Below, one piece after another: positions 57,092-64,000 of a stretch of DNA of 64,000 nt. This stretch comes from Eledone cirrhosa (Eukaryota): positions 76,756,001 to 76,820,000 of the forward strand of contig OZ024740.1 in NCBI GenBank assembly GCA_964016885.1, given 5' to 3'. Below the pieces are notes generated by a model, which was not told the DNA's origin, did not search any database, and was given only the letters and a program-made list of their open reading frames with translations. The translations under genes and the position numbers were made by a program. How positions within the stretch are numbered: position 1 is the first letter of the stretch; the number at the start of each line of letters is the position of its first letter.

Positions 57092-58753
57092 TTTCTTCCT
57101 GAAAGTCAATCTGGTTTTCGTGCTGGACGCGGCACTACTGATATGATCTTCTCAGCTAGACAGCTCCAGGAGAAGTGCATTGAACAAGACTTGGATCTGT
57201 ATCAGGTTTTTGTCGATCTGACAAAGGCTTTCGATACTGTCAACAAAGATGCATTATGGAAGGTTCTCCAGAAACTTGGTTGCCCTGATAAGTTCCTTGC
57301 TTTAGTTAGGTCTTTCCATGACGACATGAAGGCTTGGGTTAATGTCGGAGGTAACGTGTCGGAGCCTATCTCAGTAAAAAATGGAGTGAAACAGGGGGAT
57401 ATTCCAGCACCGACCCTGTTTGCCATATACTTTGCAATGGTTTTCTGTATTGCATTCAGGAATTGCGAGCATGGTGTTTACATCCGATATCGAACCTCAG
57501 GCAGCATATTTAACATCAGGCGCTTTGCTGCGAAGACAAAAGTATTTACATCAGTCATAAGAGACTTCTTGTATGCAGATGATTGCGATCTTGTAGCGCA
57601 CACAGAGAGTGATATGCAGCACATTTTGAATGCATTTTCTGACGCTTGCACTGCCCTGGGTTTGACTGTCAGTCTCAAGAAAACCGTCGTCATGTACCAA
57701 CCTGCCCCTAGTAAGCAGTACACTGAACCAAACATCTATGTGTATGACAAACGACTTGGAGTGGTTGATCAGTTTGTCTACCTGGGAAGCACTGTCAATC
57801 GATACGGCAACCTTGACGGTGAAATCTCACTTAGGATTAGGACAGCAATTGATGCTTTCGGAAAGCTAGAAAGGCGACTCTGGGGTCGGCGAGACATATG
57901 CAGGAGGACAAAGGTAAAGGTGTACAGGGCATGTGTACTCTCTTGTCTTCTTTATGCCTGCGAGACCTGGGTCACATATCGACACCACCTTAAGCAATTG
58001 GAGCGTTTCCATCAGATGTGTCTCAGACGGATCCATGGCATTCACTGGAGGGACCACATCAGTGATGTCGAGATTTTGGAAAGCTCTATGTGTGACAGTA
58101 TAGAAGCTCTTGTGCTTAAGCAACGACTCCGTTGGAGTGGTCACCTTGCCAGGATGAAGGATTCTAGAATACCAAAACAACTCTTCTATGGAGAGTTGGT
58201 TAAAGGAAAACGACCGCCACATAAACCAAAACAGAGGTATAAGGATTCCTTGAAAGCCTCTCTGAAAGACGCTAACATCTCTGCTGATACATGGGGAAAT
58301 ATTGCTGCTGATCGTAATAAATGGAGAAAGACTGTATATGAGGGAAAAGTTGCCTTTGAGGCATCTCGAATCGCACACGAGAAAGTAAAGCGGGATGTGA
58401 GGAAGGGCATTGCTGTTGCACTTCCAGACGGCGAGGGTCCTCCTATGGTGCTGACATGCAGCGTCTGTGCGAGACTCTGCCTAAGCAAAGCTGGACTCGA
58501 AAGTCGTCTTCGCAGTCATAAAGTAAGACCAGTGGTTGACTACCAGGCTGCTGTTGGAGATGCTACTCATCATGCTTGCCAAACATGTGGTAGAGAATGT
58601 AAATCAGCAGGAGGGCTCAAGCGACATGCAAAAGTACACGAACTCCAACCACAGCCGACTATTCCCAGTGAATGTTTTGGTTGCCGACTCTGTGCAAGAC
58701 ATTTTAGATCATTGGCTGGGCTAAAAAGCCACATTCGATCGCAGCACTGTTAG
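57092..58753 (+). CDS. 5'-truncated RTE-clade LINE: reverse transcriptase plus three C-terminal C2H2-type fingers
   Basis: LPESQSGFR, FVDLTKAFDTV, GVKQGD, LYADD, YLGS, LLYACETW, LRWSGHLARM..RIPKQLFYGEL; CxxC..H..H three times (first has H to R). The ORF-track start at 56966 is (TATG)n read-through. Confidence 0.92.
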   Translation, partial: FLPESQSGFRAGRGTTDMIFSARQLQEKCIEQDLDLYQVFVDLTKAFDTVNKDALWKVLQKLGCPDKFLALVRSFHDDMKAWVNVGGNVSEPISVKNGVKQGDIPAPTLFAIYFAMVFCIAFRNCEHGVYIRYRTSGSIFNIRRFAAKTKVFTSVIRDFLYADDCDLVAHTESDMQHILNAFSDACTALGLTVSLKKTVVMYQPAPSKQYTEPNIYVYDKRLGVVDQFVYLGSTVNRYGNLDGEISLRIRTAIDAFGKLERRLWGRRDICRRTKVKVYRACVLSCLLYACETWVTYRHHLKQLERFHQMCLRRIHGIHWRDHISDVEILESSMCDSIEALVLKQRLRWSGHLARMKDSRIPKQLFYGELVKGKRPPHKPKQRYKDSLKASLKDANISADTWGNIAADRNKWRKTVYEGKVAFEASRIAHEKVKRDVRKGIAVALPDGEGPPMVLTCSVCARLCLSKAGLESRLRSHKVRPVVDYQAAVGDATHHACQTCGRECKSAGGLKRHAKVHELQPQPTIPSECFGCRLCARHFRSLAGLKSHIRSQHC

Positions 58754-58855
58754 TTGCTATCGTGTATGTGTGTGTGTGTGTGTAGATATGCTTATGTGCG
58801 TGCGTGTGTGTGTATATATATATATGAATATGTATATTATTATTGTTGTTGTTAT

Positions 58856-59476
58856 TCCTTGAATCTCAGTCATTGATGTTGGTTAACTGGAAAGTCCGTT
58901 GGAATGAATATCAAGCCACTACCTGCAGCCTCAGATATTCAGGACGTATCGGAGGGTTCTTGCTGTTCCCAGCAAGCATGCCTTTTGAAGCGTTCCAAAA
59001 AGCGTGAAGGGGCCGATTTTCTTTAACCATCCCTGGAAACTTTTGGAGATAGTCCCTAGTGCGCCTATGACAATCGGGATCACTTTGACTTCATGGCAGT
59101 TCCAAATCCTTTTCACCTCCCACTTTAGGTCCTGGTATCGGTTAATTTTCTCCCTCTCCTTCTCTTGCACTCTCGTGTCGAAAGGGCAGGCCACATCCAC
59201 AATCAGACACGATCTTTTTTCTTTGTCCACAACCACCAGGTCAGGTCTATTGTGTTCCAGTTTTTTGTCCGTCTGTATCCTAAAATCCCACAGCACCTTC
59301 ACCTGATTGTTCTCCATCACCGCCTCTGGCCTATGCTCATACCATTTCTCAGAATGTGGTAAATTGTTTACTTTGCACAGGTGCCAGTGGATCACCCTGC
59401 CCATCACATCGTGTCTCCAGCCCTTATAGTGGGTCTGGGCTAGGTGTTTACACTCGGACACAATGTGAGCCACTGC
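58856..59476 (-). mobile_element. 3' end of an R4/Dong-clade non-LTR retrotransposon (CCHC remnant plus RLE) in a (TAA)n tract
   Basis: ORF 58931-59473 HIVSEC..RHD..LWDFRIQTD..NRPDLVV..VDVACP..EKINRYQDL..PIVIGALG; (TAT)n runs on both sides. Confidence 0.9.
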
Positions 59477-59572
59477 TATTATTATTGCTATTATTATTAT
59501 TATTGTTATTAATGTATGTGTGTGTATATGTGTGTGTGTATGTGTATGTATGTGTGTATGTATATATGTATG

Positions 59573-59603
<31 letters not shown>

Positions 59604-59619
59604 TTCTCTCTTTTTTTTT

Positions 59620-59670
<51 letters not shown>

Positions 59671-60112
59671 TTATTTATTTATTTATTTTTTTTTTTTTTT
59701 TCTTCTTCTCGTGCAATGGCCATACTCGATAACGAGGGGGGCAGCAATCATGTATATATATATATATATGAATTCTAATTCTAATTCTAATTCTATTCTA
59801 TTTTAAGTTGAGCCAACTTATACGGCTTCATATGCAAATGAGATTACACAGGCTAAAAAAACTACATATTTTCGCCTGTTTTCGAAGTCTGGCAGTTGCA
59901 AGAGTGGGCGGGATAGTCCTAACGAGTACCAGTTGAGTTCGAAATTCCTCGACGATTGTCTCCCTTGCTTCTGCCGAACACCGCTTGGTGGCGTTGGCTG
60001 CCAGTGTTATTCATAGCTATGGCTTTCTAAATGTTTATTTATAAACATACCATATTTCATTAGAAATACGAAACTCAAATACATATATATACATACATGC
60101 ATATGCATACAT

Positions 60113-60144
<32 letters not shown>

Positions 60145-60906
60145 GAGCATCGAGTGCTCAAACGGCATAACGCCTATAAACGCATTTACCTTGCAACCCT
60201 ACAACTATATATATATCCTAGGCCACCCATCTGTGATACGGTCGTAACTGTGCATAATCAATAAATAACCCCAATGGGAAACATTGTTTTGTTCTTAATA
60301 TATATATTAATGTGGAAATAGTAATATCTTACTGCGCTCTTTCTCTCTCTACATATATTTTTAACGTGAATTATTTTGAACCAGGGTCTATTGAGCTTAT
60401 CTATTGAGAAACATATCAAATATGTAATATATAACTACTCCAAATTGATTAATTTGTGGAGTTGGTTTAACTGGGACTGGAGTTTGGGAGCTCTTTGTAG
60501 TCCATACAACGCCCAGTGTTAGTTTTGTCTGCCCTAGCCATTAAACTGTTTTTAAACAATATAGAGTAGAGATATAAACAAATTCTCTGCTCTCGACAGA
60601 TGTAAAGGTATTTTGCACAAGCATTTTGTACAATATGTAAAGACAATTCCTCTGATAATTAGATCCTTGTTTCCCGTTGATTTAACAAAATCGATAGTTA
60701 GTAATCGATAATTGATTACTTCGTTTTATTGTTTGCTTCTGCGTTTTTGACTTCGGAACGGCGTTATAACGAAAATATGAATTTTCCACCTTAATGTACG
60801 TATCTTTTCCTGAACATTATTTGCTTTGTATGTGTATACAAAATACTATGTGTTTCTTAAATACTATATGATTCTTTCTCCCTCTGCTTATATCTTATAA
60901 CTTGAA

Positions 60907-61925
<1,019 letters not shown>

Positions 61926-61954
61926 TATATATATATATATATATATATATGTGT

Positions 61955-62222
61955 GAAGTAATTCCGTCGGAAAAGTCAAGGAAAAAAGAGTGCTCTATGT
62001 AGGTAACAGAGCTTAATAGTTATGTAATAAACAACATAAGGCAATTATTCCATTTACCAGTGGTTTCTTAAAAGCAAAAAAATTTGCTTTCAATCATCAG
62101 AATGAAAATATCCTGGTCTGTTTATTGAATTTGAATTTTAAAAAACAAAAAAAAAAAGCAAAATCTTTTGCTTTTAAGAAACCACTGGTAAATGGAATAA
62201 TTGCCTTATGTTGTTTATTACA

Positions 62223-62229
<7 letters not shown>
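61955..62229 (-). mobile_element. Fold-back element with tail carrying an intact HHR
   Basis: Arms 62017-62090 / 62155-62229; bounded by (TA)n. Confidence 0.85.
62048..62107 (-). ncRNA. Type I hammerhead ribozyme
   Basis: TTTCATT CTGATGA TTGAAAGCAAA tttt TTTGCTTTTAA GAAA CCA c TGG TA AATGGAA. Confidence 0.85.
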
Positions 62230-62280
<51 letters not shown>

Positions 62281-62282
<2 letters not shown>

Positions 62283-62375
62283 AAAAGAATCAGGACCCCG
62301 ACGGCTGAGCTCTGGCCTTTTCGACAACTAGATCCAAACTCAGTTCGGATCTAGCTGTCGAAACGGCCGGAGCAG
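62281..62375. mobile_element. Fold-back of the 24294 family, symmetric about the HHR stem II loop
   Basis: gctctggccttttcgacaactagatccaaact c agttcggatctagctgtcGAAAcggccggagc. Confidence 0.7.
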
Positions 62376-63069
62376 AGAGTCCAGATGTGTCATTGATGTT
62401 GTGTGGTGTGTGCACATGGACTGCATTTCACGTGTGCGTATTATTTCCTCTGTGTGTGTGTGCGTGTGTGTGCTTGATTTGTGTACATTTAATGAAAGTA
62501 TGTGCTGTGTGGGTATCTACGAGTGTCTGCAAATATGTAGTATTCTGTGTGTGTACATGTGCGCGTGTTTATGTAAGAGTGTGTGTGTGTTAGAATTTGT
62601 TATGCATGTTTGTGTGCGTGTGTGTACTAGTGTATGTGTACATGTTTGTGTGTGTGTGTGTGTGTGTACATACATACATATATATATATGTGTGTATGTG
62701 TGTGTTTGTGTGTGTGTGTATCTGCGTGCGTGTGTGTGTCCGTTTATGTGTGTGTGTGTGTGTGTGTGTGTGTCTGCATGCGCGCGTGTGTGTCTGTGTG
62801 TCTGCAGCTGTTCGTTGAGATATAACACCAAAATATAAACACAAAAAAAGAAACCCGAAGAAAAAGGCAAATGTTGACCAAGAAAAGGTGACAACGATAA
62901 TGATGTCGTTGACAAAGTCAACGACAATGACGACGACCAAGATGATGATGCTGATGGAGATGATAGTTATGATGATGTTGATAGTTAGAGCTACTAATCT
63001 TGCAACCAAACAGCTATATAGTATAACATATAGTATAATAGATGAGGTTAAACTAATTAAAGACAACGA

Positions 63070-64000
63070 AATAATTGTTTCTACTTTAGGCACAAGGCCA
63101 GCAATTACCAGTGCATTACTGGTACTTTATTTTATCGATCCCGTAAGGATGAAAAGCAAAGTTAACCTCGGCGGGATTTGAACGCAAACCATAAAGGGCC
63201 GTAACTCTTTACTGCAAAGCATGGTGTTCGACCCTCTACCGATACTGCCTAATAATGGTTTCTGATTTAGGCACAAGGCTAACAATATTTGGTGGTAGAG
63301 TACCTCAATGCGTTACTGGTACTTTATTTTATCGACCCAGTAAGGATGAAAGTCAAAGCTAAACTCGGCAGGATTTGAACTCAGAATGGAAAAGACCGTA
63401 ACTATATGTAGCTAAGCATGTTGTCCGAAGCTCTACCGATTCTGTCAATCCAGCCACCCTCTAAATAATAATTGCTTTTACTGGCCACTTTAGAGACGCT
63501 AAAAGGGTTTACCTCGGCGCGATTTGAATTCAGAATGGCAAGGGCCGTAACTCTATGCGTCAGATCACGGCGTCCGACCCTCTACCGATACTGCCAATCC
63601 ACCAGTAGAAGCAGAAAACAAATGGAATAGAAGGAAGGTTGAATGTTAAACAGAACTTGCAAAGAAAAGCAAAGGAACAAAACATTAAAAACGCGCCTCT
63701 AAATCCTTAAAACAACAAAAACAACAACTACTACGACAATATTCAATATCAACAACAATATCAAACTTAAACAGTAACAACAGCAATAACAACTACAACA
63801 ACAGCAACATTAACGTCAATAACTACAGCAACAGCGACCACAATTGTTCCTACCTTAGGCACAAGGCCAGCAGTTTGAAGAGGAGGGGAAAGTCGATTAA
63901 ATTGACTCCAGTGTATTACTGGTACTTTATTTTATTGCTCCGTAAGGATGATAGGCAAAGTTAACCTCGGCAGGATTTGAATTCAGATCGTATGGGGCCA
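63070..64000 (-). mobile_element. Cluster of four Meta-like SINE copies (63070-63250, 63251-63460, 63507-63604, 63841-64000)
   Basis: Each shows taggcacaaggc and/or ggtactttattttatcga..aaggatgaa..aacctcggc..gatttgaa..ctctaccgat. Confidence 0.9.

Noticed and set aside
58440-58753. Host C2H2 zinc-finger gene
   Set aside because: The fingers are in frame with the RTE reverse transcriptase and end at the element's 3' terminus.

Overview
AT-rich, microsatellite-saturated animal DNA, most likely an octopus/coleoid cephalopod intron or intergenic region. That call is inferred from the tRNA-derived SINE families and the (TA)n/(CA)n/(GA)n load. No host protein-coding gene is recognisable, and almost all short ORFs in the track are microsatellite translations. 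Real coding remnants all come from transposable elements: a 5'-truncated but uninterrupted Tx1-clade LINE ORF2 (15.8-18.9 kb) plus relatives, an RTE-clade RT with C2H2 fingers, R4/Dong and CRE restriction-like-endonuclease 3' ends, several Penelope-like (RT/GIY-YIG) elements, mariner and hAT remnants, and non-autonomous Helitrons. The main signal not visible in the ORF track is non-coding. By eye I find about 12 type I hammerhead ribozyme (HHR) motifs with an intact core and about a dozen decayed ones, from many unrelated families. They lie in Penelope 3' ends and in short, often fold-back (palindromic) or tandem elements sitting inside (TA)n tracts. Most have a self-complementary stem III (minimal/dimeric type). 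At least three unrelated families carry the compensatory U3-A8 core (UUGANAA) instead of C3-G8. All folds were assigned manually and are untested.
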